Shown here piece after piece: positions 40,104-49,759 of a DNA stretch of 64,000 bases (positions are counted from its first letter, which is position 1; the number at the start of each line of letters is the position of its first letter). The notes under the pieces are model-generated. The model was not told the origin of the DNA, made no database searches, and saw only the letters and a program-made list of their open reading frames with translations. Origin of the DNA: Opitutia bacterium (GTDB lineage Bacteria > Verrucomicrobiota > Verrucomicrobiia > Opitutales > Opitutaceae); NCBI GenBank assembly GCA_947478395.1, contig CANJVR010000004.1, positions 224,001 through 288,000 on the forward strand, read 5' to 3'. Position numbers and translations under genes: made by a program.

Positions 40104-41566
40104 GCGCGCGAACGAATTTTTTGTTTTGGCGGTCGGTGATGCTCGCTTTCGCCGGCGTGATGCTCGGCCGGCCCGACGGGAGAGCCGAAGCGGCTGGAGC
40201 GCGGGTGAATGTCCTCCTGATCGTGGTCGACGATCTCAATCTGTCGCTCGGGTGCTACGGAAACACGACCGTCAAGACGCCCAACATTGACCGCCTCGCG
40301 GCCCGCGGTGCGCGATTTGATCGCTCCTACTGCCAATACCCGCTTTGCAATCCAAGCCGGGTATCGTTCCTGAGTGGACGCCGGCCGGAAACCACGGGCG
40401 TATACGTGTTGACGACCACCGCTCGCGAGGCGGTTCCCGCCGCCACGATGTTGCCGCAATTTTTTCGTGGGCACGGCTACTTCAGCGCTGGCGCCGGCAA
40501 AGTATTTCATAACGCCAAGGTCAGCGACGCCGCATCATGGGATTTCTACGAAGACCTTCCGCCCGAGGACGCAGAGGAAAAGGCCGCGATCGAAACTCGT
40601 TATGGCGGCGGTGACGGCCGCCCTCGTGCCTACCGGCTCACCACCGATGGATCCCTCACGCGCGACGGAAAAAACGTGCGCACCATTTTAGGCCTGATGG
40701 CGGAGAAGTCCGCCGCTGGTCAGCCGTTTTTCCTGGCGGCAGGTTTCCACAAGCCGCACCTGCCGTGGACGGCGCCCGGAAAATTCTTCGATCTTTACCC
40801 CGCCGGAAGCATGGTGCCGCCGAACGAGCCGGCGCTCGAAGGCGTGCCCCTGATCGCGCAGCAAACGGAGCTCTCGGGTTTCGCGCAGCCGGATTCGCGG
40901 GAGGAGGCGATGCGAGGCTATTACGCGTGCGTATCGTTTACCGATGCGCATGTGGGCATGCTGCTCGATCAGCTCGACCGGCTTGATCTCTGGAAATCGA
41001 CCGTCGTCGTGCTGATGGGGGACAACGGATTTCACCTCGGGGACCACGGCGGGTTGTGGGCGAAGCTCAGTGCGTTCGACGCCTCGACCCACGTCCCGCT
41101 CTTGATCGCCGGCGCCGGCGTTGAACGCGGCCGAGTGATTAGCGCCCCGGTCGAACTATTGGACGTATATCCGACTCTCGCCGCGCTCGCCGGGCTGAAG
41201 GCGCCCGACGGTTTGGAGGGACGGTCGCTCGTTCCATTGCTGCAAGGTCGCGCTCAGCCGGATACGCGCACGGCCTCGAGTTTGGTTTTTCATTATGACG
41301 TCGCGCGACAGACCGATGTGATGGGGCGCACGGTCATCACCGACCAGTGGCGTTTCACCGAATGGGATGAGGGACGCGCCGGGAGCGAACTCTATTGGCG
41401 CACCGACGATCCCTTGGAGTACCACAACCGCTACGCGGATTCCGATTCGCGCTTTGCTGCGGCCCGAAGGGCGGGCGTGGCGCTGCTGCATGCCACGCCG
41501 GCACCCAAGGCGGGCCCCGCCGAGCGTCCCCGCGCCCTCTTGCCCGCGGCAGCTAAAGCGCCCTAA
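40100..41566 (+). CDS. Sulfatase, iduronate-2-sulfatase-like
   Basis: VDDL, LCNPSR, GKVFH, GFHKPHLP, GFHLGDHG. Confidence 0.88.
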   Translation: MSARTNFLFWRSVMLAFAGVMLGRPDGRAEAAGARVNVLLIVVDDLNLSLGCYGNTTVKTPNIDRLAARGARFDRSYCQYPLCNPSRVSFLSGRRPETTGVYVLTTTAREAVPAATMLPQFFRGHGYFSAGAGKVFHNAKVSDAASWDFYEDLPPEDAEEKAAIETRYGGGDGRPRAYRLTTDGSLTRDGKNVRTILGLMAEKSAAGQPFFLAAGFHKPHLPWTAPGKFFDLYPAGSMVPPNEPALEGVPLIAQQTELSGFAQPDSREEAMRGYYACVSFTDAHVGMLLDQLDRLDLWKSTVVVLMGDNGFHLGDHGGLWAKLSAFDASTHVPLLIAGAGVERGRVISAPVELLDVYPTLAALAGLKAPDGLEGRSLVPLLQGRAQPDTRTASSLVFHYDVARQTDVMGRTVITDQWRFTEWDEGRAGSELYWRTDDPLEYHNRYADSDSRFAAARRAGVALLHATPAPKAGPAERPRALLPAAAKAP

Positions 41567-41600
41567 CCGTCGCCCTGTTCGCACGACCTCCATCGTTCCC

Positions 41601-43517
41601 GTGAAAATCTTTGCTGAACTATCTTCTGATATTGCCGGGGCTCATTCGGGCCCACGCGCTCGGGGTAGATGGCGCGTGAGCACGGCACTTTGGATGGGCG
41701 TATTGGTCGCATCGATCGTTCAGGGCGCGGTGCCGTCGACAGAAAACGAATTTCGGAAAACAGATCCGGTCGTCGCCGTGCACCTCACGTTGCCGCAGGG
41801 TATCACTCAGGTGGAACTACGCTTCCGCAGCGCGCGAAATCAGCCGATGAGTAAGATTTCCGATATCTCACCGCGGCACCCGGCGCCCGAAACCGTTTTG
41901 CCGAATCCGAAACCCGATCGAGAAGTGTGGTATCCGGTGGTCGATCTCGCGTTGAACGCGGGCATGGCCGGTGCGCTCACGTGGCGAGTCGCGCCACGCG
42001 TGGTGGCCGTCAACCACCACTTCCACAATCAGACGGAAAACGTCGCCCGGGAAATGACGGTCGATGCCGGACTGCTGGAGTCCTGGGAAAATAATGTGTA
42101 CTGCGAGCCGGCAGTTGCCCTTGAGGATTTTTATCTCCGGGCGGTGGTGCCGGTCGTTGACGGTCGGCTCAACTATGCTGTGCAAGCGCTCGGTTCGGCG
42201 TGGGCTGGTACCGTGACGATGGTTGAGGCGGGGACCGGCCAGGAGGCCGTCGTCGCCCGTTTCGAAGCTGCGTTGCCCAGCCCGTCCGCATCCCGCCCCG
42301 AAGTTCGTCCCGTCTTGGCCAAAGAACGCTTGGAAGAATCGCTCGTGGCCTCCGTCGAATATCTTTTGCGGTCGCAGAACCGAAATTTGGCGAGTCCAAC
42401 TTTCGGGGGGTTGCACCTCTTCTATGATCTCGAGGCCCAGACCTACCGCTCCTCGTACTGGATATGGGGCGGTGGACCAGCCGTCTCCGCTCTACTCGCG
42501 GCGGAAAAGATTCCTGCCGTCACGCGCCTGTTCCCCCCGCAATATTTAACGGCTCGGGCCGACGAAGTGGGGCGCAGCACGTTGGCGCTGCGCATCATGG
42601 AACCGGGTCATCCCGCGTATGGAATCCCTATTTCGCGCTGGCGCCGGGCGATCGATCTGCCGTTCGGATTCGAGCAGTGTGCGGCTCCGTCGGACGCAAA
42701 TTTTCTATCGGGTTGGTCTTGGCTGCCCCTTTATCGCGCGACCGGAAACAGCGAATACCTCAAGGCCGCCGAACTTTTGGCCGAGTCGACGGCGCGCTTG
42801 ATGAAAGAGTACGAGTTGATCCCGCAGGATTACTACGTCGATCGGCGCGAATGGTCCGAGCATACGATCGATGAATCCGGTTTCGGCGTGGAGGGTCTGC
42901 GCGCGCTCTATGAAACCACCGGCGATAAGCGTTACCAGCAACAGGTCGTGGATTACATGGCGCAGCACCTGGCCAAGCTCGCGCGAACCGACGGCTTGTG
43001 GGAACGCGGTTGGAATCGCCGCACGGGTGTGATGCCGACGATCCGCATGACGCGGGGTCTTGGCTGGGCGATGGAGGGCTTGCTCGCTGCTCACGAAGCG
43101 GTGCCCACCGGAAATTATTTGGAGTCAGCGAAAAAACTGGCGGAGCAGATGGCCCAATGGCAGCGCGCCGACGGCAGCTGGGTTTTCATCGCGGACCAGA
43201 CCGTGGAGAAGCAGGGAATCAGCGAAAAAGGGACCGCGCTGTGGTCGCTGCTCCACTACCGGCTATATCGCGCGACGGGCGATCAGCGCCATCTCGCCGT
43301 TGCCCGCAAAGCGCTCGGGTGGTGTGTCGCCAATCAATATCACGGTCCAGATCCCGCAGCGGCGGGCGGGATTGTGGGCATGACGGAACACTCGGCGGTC
43401 GGCGCCGGGCACCGCGCCTGGTTCAGGGTGACTTGCGCCTACACCACCGCGTTCGCCGCGCTGGCGATCATCGAAGAGTTAAACCTGCAGGCGCTCGGCC
43501 AAGGAGTCACCGGATGA
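41601..43517 (+). CDS. Hypothetical protein with probable (alpha/alpha)6 glycosidase-like C-terminal domain
   Basis: Long in-operon ORF; TIDESGF, RGLGWAMEGL, QRADGSW, EKGTAL resemble GH88/GH105 motifs; start uncertain. Confidence 0.65.
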   Translation: MKIFAELSSDIAGAHSGPRARGRWRVSTALWMGVLVASIVQGAVPSTENEFRKTDPVVAVHLTLPQGITQVELRFRSARNQPMSKISDISPRHPAPETVLPNPKPDREVWYPVVDLALNAGMAGALTWRVAPRVVAVNHHFHNQTENVAREMTVDAGLLESWENNVYCEPAVALEDFYLRAVVPVVDGRLNYAVQALGSAWAGTVTMVEAGTGQEAVVARFEAALPSPSASRPEVRPVLAKERLEESLVASVEYLLRSQNRNLASPTFGGLHLFYDLEAQTYRSSYWIWGGGPAVSALLAAEKIPAVTRLFPPQYLTARADEVGRSTLALRIMEPGHPAYGIPISRWRRAIDLPFGFEQCAAPSDANFLSGWSWLPLYRATGNSEYLKAAELLAESTARLMKEYELIPQDYYVDRREWSEHTIDESGFGVEGLRALYETTGDKRYQQQVVDYMAQHLAKLARTDGLWERGWNRRTGVMPTIRMTRGLGWAMEGLLAAHEAVPTGNYLESAKKLAEQMAQWQRADGSWVFIADQTVEKQGISEKGTALWSLLHYRLYRATGDQRHLAVARKALGWCVANQYHGPDPAAAGGIVGMTEHSAVGAGHRAWFRVTCAYTTAFAALAIIEELNLQALGQGVTG

Positions 43518-43623
43518 CGCTCAACGCTTTATTTCCGCGCCCGCTTTCCGCCGGCTGCCGAATCGCTCCATGTGCGTAAGCTTGTCCCCGACCAAAATAT
43601 TTTTTTAGAACCCAAACAACACT

Positions 43624-46062
43624 ATGACCACACACTACAGACTAAATTCCGACCGGTTGAAGCCGTTTGCTTTCCTTCTGGTCCTCGTTTCTTCCAGCTT
43701 GCTGGCTCAAACGCAGAAGCCGACGCCGCCCGATGCGGACCTCGTGACGCTCTCGCCGTTTGAAGTGAAGACGGAGCCCAACCGCGGTTATTCCGCTTCC
43801 GAAACCATGAGCGGTAGTCGCGTTAAGACTCCGATCGCCGATCTGCCCTACACGGTCAACGTTCTGACCAGCGAGTTCTTCTCGGACTTCGGTCTGTTTA
43901 CGCTCTCCGACAATTTGACCCAAATCGGTAATTTCACCGGGCTGGATATCGGCGGAAACTTCAATCTCCGGGGATTTTCGTCGTCGAATCAACTTCGTGA
44001 CGGGTTTTTCCGGCTGGGCCGCTATGGCTCAAGCAACATCGACCGCCTCGAAATCATCAAGGGCTCCAACGCCGCCATCTACGGGCGCACATCGCCTGGT
44101 GGTATGGTCAACTTCATCTCCAAGCAGCCGAAAGCGGAGGCAAAGCAGACGTTGATTTTCAACTATGGTGACTACGGGACCCAGCGGACCACGCTTGAGG
44201 CGACGGGACCTGTATTCCAGAGCGTCTTAGGCAAAACCAACTTTGTGCTGACCGGCAGTCTCTACCAGCGGGATTTCGATCAGGAATACGCCCGGGACCG
44301 GAATCAGGAGTATTACTTCGCCGCCGATCACGTTTTCGGGGACGGCTCGAAAGTGTTTTTCTCCGCGGAATATTTCCTCCAACTGCGTCACTCCCCGCTG
44401 GCGGCGATCCCGCTCGTGACCGATCAGAAAGGCACCGCCACCACCACGGACGATGTGGCCGTTGGGTACGCGTTAAACTTGGGCAAGTATAACGCGTTCG
44501 GCCCGGTGACGGAGCTCAACCGGGGCAACATTTCCTACACCGGGATCTACGAAAAGAAGTTCAATTCGATCTTCAGCGCGCGTTTCTCGGGCAACTATTC
44601 GCGGGCTCGTCGCTGGGATTACAATTTTAACACGGCGTGGGGCAGCATCTCTATTAATCCCGCGGTCGCGACCACCGCGGTGAGCACGTTGCGCGGTGCA
44701 ACGCCGAACCGTGGCCGAATCTACGAGGACACCGGCGGCTTCCAAGGCGATCTGCTCGCCCAGTACCGCACGAACGGCGGAGCCATCGAACATCGCACGC
44801 TGCTGACGTTTGATATGAACGATTATTATCGCTGGGACCCGACGCGTTCTTACGCGGGCGCGACCGATCCCGACATCATCGCCTGGAATACGGCGCGCCG
44901 CGTCATCCTCGACGCCAATCTTAACCCGGTAAGCGCCATCAGCTATTTTCCCAAGCGGAGTCAGGAATCGCCCGGCGAAGTTCAGACTCGCAACACCAAG
45001 CGCCGCACGACGGTCACCGGCGGTCTCCTGCGCCAGCAGTCGGCGTTCTTCCAAGGGCGTTTGCTCGCGTTCGCCGGCGTGCGCTACGATTCCGTTCGCT
45101 ACCGCCATCATGACAATCTGGCCAGCGCCACGGCCAACACCGCGGACTACGCTCTCTTCCGCACGTACGACCCGACGTACACCACGGGCAAGCTGATCGA
45201 GAAAAAGTTTACGCAGCTAAAACCCAACACCGGTTTGAACTTTAAGGTGACCCAGAATTTCCGGGTCTACGCGAGTTACAGCCAGAGCTTCTTCGTCGCC
45301 CAGGGCGACAACCCGGTCGACATCGCGGATCCGACCTACAAGTCCGAGCGGGCCGATGGTTACGATTACGGCTTCAAGGGCTCGTTCCTCGACAACCGCC
45401 TCAATTACACCGTCAGCGGATTCTACGCTCGGCGCGAAAATGTTTCCGTGACCGATCTGGTGGAATCTCCGCTCGGCTCCGGCAATTTCGTCACACAGAC
45501 GCGCCGCGACGGCAATCAACTCGTGCGCGGCTTCGAGGGCGATTTGAACTGGCTGATAACGGATGAACTCTCGTTCCTCGTCAGTTACGGCCATGTGCAC
45601 TCGATCTACACGGATTTCGGTGCGGCTTCTCCGCTCGCGATTGGCCGCTCGGTGGCATTCATGGCGCCGTACAACGGCAGCGTTAGCCTCAAATACGCCC
45701 CGCTGCGCCACGGCTTGAAAGGCTTCTCCGCCAACGTGGGCGTGACGTTTGTGGGTTCGACTCCGACTGAACTGCCCAATGCCGGCGACGTTTACACCAC
45801 CACGTCCACGGGCGCGCGAGTTCTCACGAGCTCCACCTACCAATGGCGCTTGAGTGCGCCGTCCTACAATCTGTGGAGCGCGGGCGCGCGGTACAGTTTC
45901 GCGGCCGGCCCCAACTACACCCATACGGTCGCGCTGAACGTCAACAACGTGTTCGACAAATTCTACCTCCGCGCGGGCGCCGCGGCCGCCAACCGCCTCC
46001 TCGGCGAAAAACGTGCGTTCTACCTCACGTACACGCTCAGCCATAAAGGCACGAAGTTCTAA
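43624..46062 (+). CDS. TonB-dependent receptor
   Basis: LSPFEV, SGSRVKTPIADLPYTVNV, IDRLEIIKGSNAAIYG, barrel, terminal Phe. Confidence 0.9.
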   Translation: MTTHYRLNSDRLKPFAFLLVLVSSSLLAQTQKPTPPDADLVTLSPFEVKTEPNRGYSASETMSGSRVKTPIADLPYTVNVLTSEFFSDFGLFTLSDNLTQIGNFTGLDIGGNFNLRGFSSSNQLRDGFFRLGRYGSSNIDRLEIIKGSNAAIYGRTSPGGMVNFISKQPKAEAKQTLIFNYGDYGTQRTTLEATGPVFQSVLGKTNFVLTGSLYQRDFDQEYARDRNQEYYFAADHVFGDGSKVFFSAEYFLQLRHSPLAAIPLVTDQKGTATTTDDVAVGYALNLGKYNAFGPVTELNRGNISYTGIYEKKFNSIFSARFSGNYSRARRWDYNFNTAWGSISINPAVATTAVSTLRGATPNRGRIYEDTGGFQGDLLAQYRTNGGAIEHRTLLTFDMNDYYRWDPTRSYAGATDPDIIAWNTARRVILDANLNPVSAISYFPKRSQESPGEVQTRNTKRRTTVTGGLLRQQSAFFQGRLLAFAGVRYDSVRYRHHDNLASATANTADYALFRTYDPTYTTGKLIEKKFTQLKPNTGLNFKVTQNFRVYASYSQSFFVAQGDNPVDIADPTYKSERADGYDYGFKGSFLDNRLNYTVSGFYARRENVSVTDLVESPLGSGNFVTQTRRDGNQLVRGFEGDLNWLITDELSFLVSYGHVHSIYTDFGAASPLAIGRSVAFMAPYNGSVSLKYAPLRHGLKGFSANVGVTFVGSTPTELPNAGDVYTTTSTGARVLTSSTYQWRLSAPSYNLWSAGARYSFAAGPNYTHTVALNVNNVFDKFYLRAGAAAANRLLGEKRAFYLTYTLSHKGTKF

Positions 46063-46079
46063 CCGGCCGACATTTCTCC

Positions 46080-47615
46080 ATGAAACTCGCTTACTATCTC
46101 GCGCTCTTCGCGTGTCCGCTGGGTCTGACCCCGGGCCTGCGCGCGGCGTCGGAAGCGCCGACCCGGCCGAATATCGTGTTCATCGCCGTGGACGATCTCC
46201 GACCGGAGCTCGGCTGTTACGGCAAAGACTACATCAAGAGTCCGAACATCGACCGTCTCGCGAAATCCGGCATCACGTTCAACCATGCGTACTGCCAGCA
46301 GGCGGTTTGCTCACCGACGCGCTCCAGCCTGATGACCGGTACTCGTCCCGATACGACGAAAGTCTGGGATCTTGTTACGCACTTTCGTGCGGCCCTGCCT
46401 GACGTCGTCACGCTTGGTCAGCACTTCAAAAACAACGGCTACTTCGTCCAAGGGATGGGGAAGATTTATCACGGCAATTACGACGATGCACCGAGCTGGT
46501 CCGTGCCGTGGGGCACACCGCAAGCGGTGAAATATGCGCTGCCGGAAAATCGGAAGCTCGACGGCCGGCAGTTCGAAGGCGAACCGGACGAAGACGCCAA
46601 GATGACCGCGGAAGCGAAAGCAGCCCGGGATGCGGCGGGACTGCCGACTTCGAAGATGAATTCGCGGGGACCGGCGTTTGAAGGCGCCGATGTGCCCGAT
46701 AACACGTTCCAAGACGGCAAAGTCGCCGAGCTCGCGATCGCGACGTTGCAGTCGATGAGTCAGAAGAAGGAGCCGTTCTTCCTCGCGATTGGTTTTATCA
46801 AACCTCATCTGCCCTTCGTGGCGCCGAAGAAGTACTGGGATTTGTACGATCCGAAAAAAATCGAGCTGGCGCCGAACAAGTTTCGCGCCACCGACTCGCC
46901 CGACTACGCGGTGCAACCTGGCGGCGAATTGCGCAACTACGACGGGATTCCGTTGGGTTCTCTGCCCGATGACCTCGCCCGTCAGCTCAAGCATGGGTAT
47001 TACGCGGCAGTGAGCTACACCGACGCGCAGGTTGGGAAAGTCATGGCGGAGTTGGATCGTCTGGGCTTGCGCAAGAATACCATCGTCATCCTTTGGGGCG
47101 ACCACGGTTGGAAACTCGGCGAGCACGATGCGTGGTGCAAACACACCACCACCGAAAACGACACCAATGCGCCTCTGATTCTGTCAGTGCCGGACATGAA
47201 GAACGCCGGAGCGCACACGAATTCCTTTGTGGAATTCGTCGATATCTATCCGACCCTCTCGGAACTCGCCGGACTGCCGCTGCCGAAACATCTCGAAGGT
47301 CTCAGTTTCAAGCCGCTGCTCGAAAACCCGGAGCGCCCGTGGAAACAGGCGGCGTTCAGCCAGTACCCGCGCACGCAAAAAGGCGGGCTCATGGGCTACT
47401 CCATGCGCACCGATCGCTATCGGCTCACGGTGTGGGTCGCCCGCGACGATCACGCCAAGATCGATGCGGTCGAATTGTACGACGAGCTCAAGGATCCGCA
47501 GGAGAACGCGAACATCGCCAACGATCCCAAAAACCGCGAACTCGTAGCGAAGCTCATGGCGCAATGGCGCCAAGGTCCGGCCGGGGCGCTCCCGACGATC
47601 GCTCGAGTTCCGTAA
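46080..47615 (+). CDS. Sulfatase, iduronate-2-sulfatase-like
   Basis: IAVDDLRP, VCSPTRSSLMTG, KPHLPF, WGDHGWKLGEH. Confidence 0.92.
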   Translation: MKLAYYLALFACPLGLTPGLRAASEAPTRPNIVFIAVDDLRPELGCYGKDYIKSPNIDRLAKSGITFNHAYCQQAVCSPTRSSLMTGTRPDTTKVWDLVTHFRAALPDVVTLGQHFKNNGYFVQGMGKIYHGNYDDAPSWSVPWGTPQAVKYALPENRKLDGRQFEGEPDEDAKMTAEAKAARDAAGLPTSKMNSRGPAFEGADVPDNTFQDGKVAELAIATLQSMSQKKEPFFLAIGFIKPHLPFVAPKKYWDLYDPKKIELAPNKFRATDSPDYAVQPGGELRNYDGIPLGSLPDDLARQLKHGYYAAVSYTDAQVGKVMAELDRLGLRKNTIVILWGDHGWKLGEHDAWCKHTTTENDTNAPLILSVPDMKNAGAHTNSFVEFVDIYPTLSELAGLPLPKHLEGLSFKPLLENPERPWKQAAFSQYPRTQKGGLMGYSMRTDRYRLTVWVARDDHAKIDAVELYDELKDPQENANIANDPKNRELVAKLMAQWRQGPAGALPTIARVP

Positions 47616-47661
47616 GGCGACACGGACGGCATGCCCCGCGCTGGTGTCGTCCATTCTCCCC

Positions 47662-49017
47662 ATGAAATTCGGCTTCGCTCTCGCTTCCGTGCTCGCCGTC
47701 GCCTCCGTCGGGTGGAGCGCCGGCGGGCCGGCGAAGCCGAATATTATCTTCATTCTCGCCGATGACCTCGGCACGGGAGATGTGAGTTGTTACGGCGCGG
47801 ATAATCGCCGGACGCCCAATATCGATCAGCTCGCACAGCGCGGAATCCGTTTCACCCACGCATACACGGCGCCGCTCTGCGGTCCATCGCGCGCCTGCAT
47901 CATGACCGGGCGGTATGCGTTTCGCACGGGAGGCACGAACCAGGATCGAATCGTGGGCTGGGATTCGGCGCATGAGAAACTCACGCCGGCCTACCTCAAG
48001 CCGGCGGGTTACGCGACGTCGATCGTCGGCAAGTGGAGCCAGTTCAGTTTTGATCCCGCCCAAGGAGGCTTCGATGACAGCCTCCGGTTTTTTGCCAGCG
48101 GCCGCTACTGGGCCGACGCCGCCGAAGACGACGACCAGCAATCCAGAAAGGGAATTTACCTCGTCAATGGGAAGACGGTGCAACAGGGCAAGACGGAGTA
48201 CCTGCCCGACACCATGGAGCAGCACCTGTTCAACTTCATCGCACAACATCGCGCTGAACCTTTCTACGTGTATTACTCGATGTCCCACGTGCATGGGGAA
48301 ATTGTCCGCACACCCGACAGCGCGCCCGACAGCAAGGATCTCTACGTCGATAATTGCGCGTACATGGATAAGTTGGTGGGCAACTTGGTCCACGAGCTTG
48401 ACCGCCAAAAATTAAGCGAGAACACGATCCTGATTTTTTGCGGTGATAACGGAACGGCGAAAGCGCCTTCGGATACGTCGACCATCGGCGGCCGCCGGTT
48501 GATCGGCCAGAAGGGCACAATGCAAGAAGGCGGCGCGCTGGTGCCGCTGATCGTTTACTGGCCCGGAGTGACGCCGAAAGGAAAAGTCTCGGACGACTTG
48601 ATCGATTCAACCGATTTTCTTCCAACGCTCGCTGAAATCGCGGGCGTAAAGTTGCCGAAAGATACCACGTTCGACGGCCGGAGTTTCGGGCCGCAGCTGC
48701 GCGGAGAAAAAGGCAATCCGCGTCGTTGGATTTTCATCGAGCTCGCCCGCAACTGGTATGTCCGCGAGGCCGGCTGGAAACTCAACGAGGCAGGTGAACT
48801 GTTCGACATGAGCGGCGCACCGTTTGCCGAAACATTGGTGTCAGCGTCCCAGCAAAGCGCCGAGGCCGCGTCCGCGCGTCACCGACTGCAGGCGGCGCTG
48901 GCCGAGCTGAATCCCGCCGGCGGAATTCTCGATGATGGCGACGGTACAGGCCGACACGCCAACAAAGCCGAGAAAAAAGCGCAGAAAAAACTGAAGAAGG
49001 AGAAGTTGCCCCAGTGA
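47662..49017 (+). CDS. Sulfatase (S1, Cys-type), paralogue of 35211-36533
   Basis: PNIIFILADD, LCGPSRACIMTG, YYSMSHVH, GDNG. Confidence 0.92.
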   Translation: MKFGFALASVLAVASVGWSAGGPAKPNIIFILADDLGTGDVSCYGADNRRTPNIDQLAQRGIRFTHAYTAPLCGPSRACIMTGRYAFRTGGTNQDRIVGWDSAHEKLTPAYLKPAGYATSIVGKWSQFSFDPAQGGFDDSLRFFASGRYWADAAEDDDQQSRKGIYLVNGKTVQQGKTEYLPDTMEQHLFNFIAQHRAEPFYVYYSMSHVHGEIVRTPDSAPDSKDLYVDNCAYMDKLVGNLVHELDRQKLSENTILIFCGDNGTAKAPSDTSTIGGRRLIGQKGTMQEGGALVPLIVYWPGVTPKGKVSDDLIDSTDFLPTLAEIAGVKLPKDTTFDGRSFGPQLRGEKGNPRRWIFIELARNWYVREAGWKLNEAGELFDMSGAPFAETLVSASQQSAEAASARHRLQAALAELNPAGGILDDGDGTGRHANKAEKKAQKKLKKEKLPQ

Positions 49018-49721
49018 AGACGCTCCTTTGTTTCGTATGCGTTTTTCTGCCGGTGAAACTGGTGGTGGCGGCCGCCGCCACGTCAGTGCAGCCGAGCACC
49101 GAGCTCTTCCGGGACGAATTCGATCATGGTCTCGCGCAGTGGACTTCGGAGCAGGTGTCCGGTGGGAGTGTGGCGACGCGCGAGGGCGCGCTTGTGATTG
49201 AAGATGTGGGCGGGTCGACCATTTGGTTTCGCCGCCGGTTGACCGCGCCGGTTGAAATCTCGTACGACGCCGAAGTGGTCGTCGCCGGCGGACCTCATGA
49301 TCGCCTGTCGGATTTGAACTGCTTCTGGATGGCCCAAGATCCCGGCAAGCCGGACAACGCCGCTCCGGCCGGAAGGTCGGGCCGGTTTCCGGACTACGAT
49401 TCGCTGCTGACGTACTACGTCGGGTACGGCGGCAACGAGAATACGACCACGCGGTTTCGCCGCTACGACGGGACCGCGGCGCGGCCGTTGCTCCCGGCGC
49501 ACGATCTGCGTGCGCCTGAATTTCTGCTCCAGCCGAATCACGTTTACCACGTCCGGATTGTGGTCCGAGACGGCACCACGGAATTCTGGCGCGACGGTGT
49601 TCGGATTTTCTCGTTTATAGATCCCAGCCCGCTCGCGTCTGGCTATTTCGCCTTTCGGACGGTGCGTAGCCACCTGGCGATCCGGCATTTTGTCGTAGCG
49701 CGTCCCGCCCCGGCTTCCTGA
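49014..49721 (+). CDS. DUF6250/YesU-like concanavalin-fold secreted protein
   Basis: SDLNCFWMAQDP, YYVGYGGNENTTTRFRRY, GYFAFRT. Confidence 0.7.
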   Translation: MKTLLCFVCVFLPVKLVVAAAATSVQPSTELFRDEFDHGLAQWTSEQVSGGSVATREGALVIEDVGGSTIWFRRRLTAPVEISYDAEVVVAGGPHDRLSDLNCFWMAQDPGKPDNAAPAGRSGRFPDYDSLLTYYVGYGGNENTTTRFRRYDGTAARPLLPAHDLRAPEFLLQPNHVYHVRIVVRDGTTEFWRDGVRIFSFIDPSPLASGYFAFRTVRSHLAIRHFVVARPAPAS

Positions 49722-49759
49722 ATTTTCCGCACTCCTCGTCGACTGCTTTTCTCAAAAAA

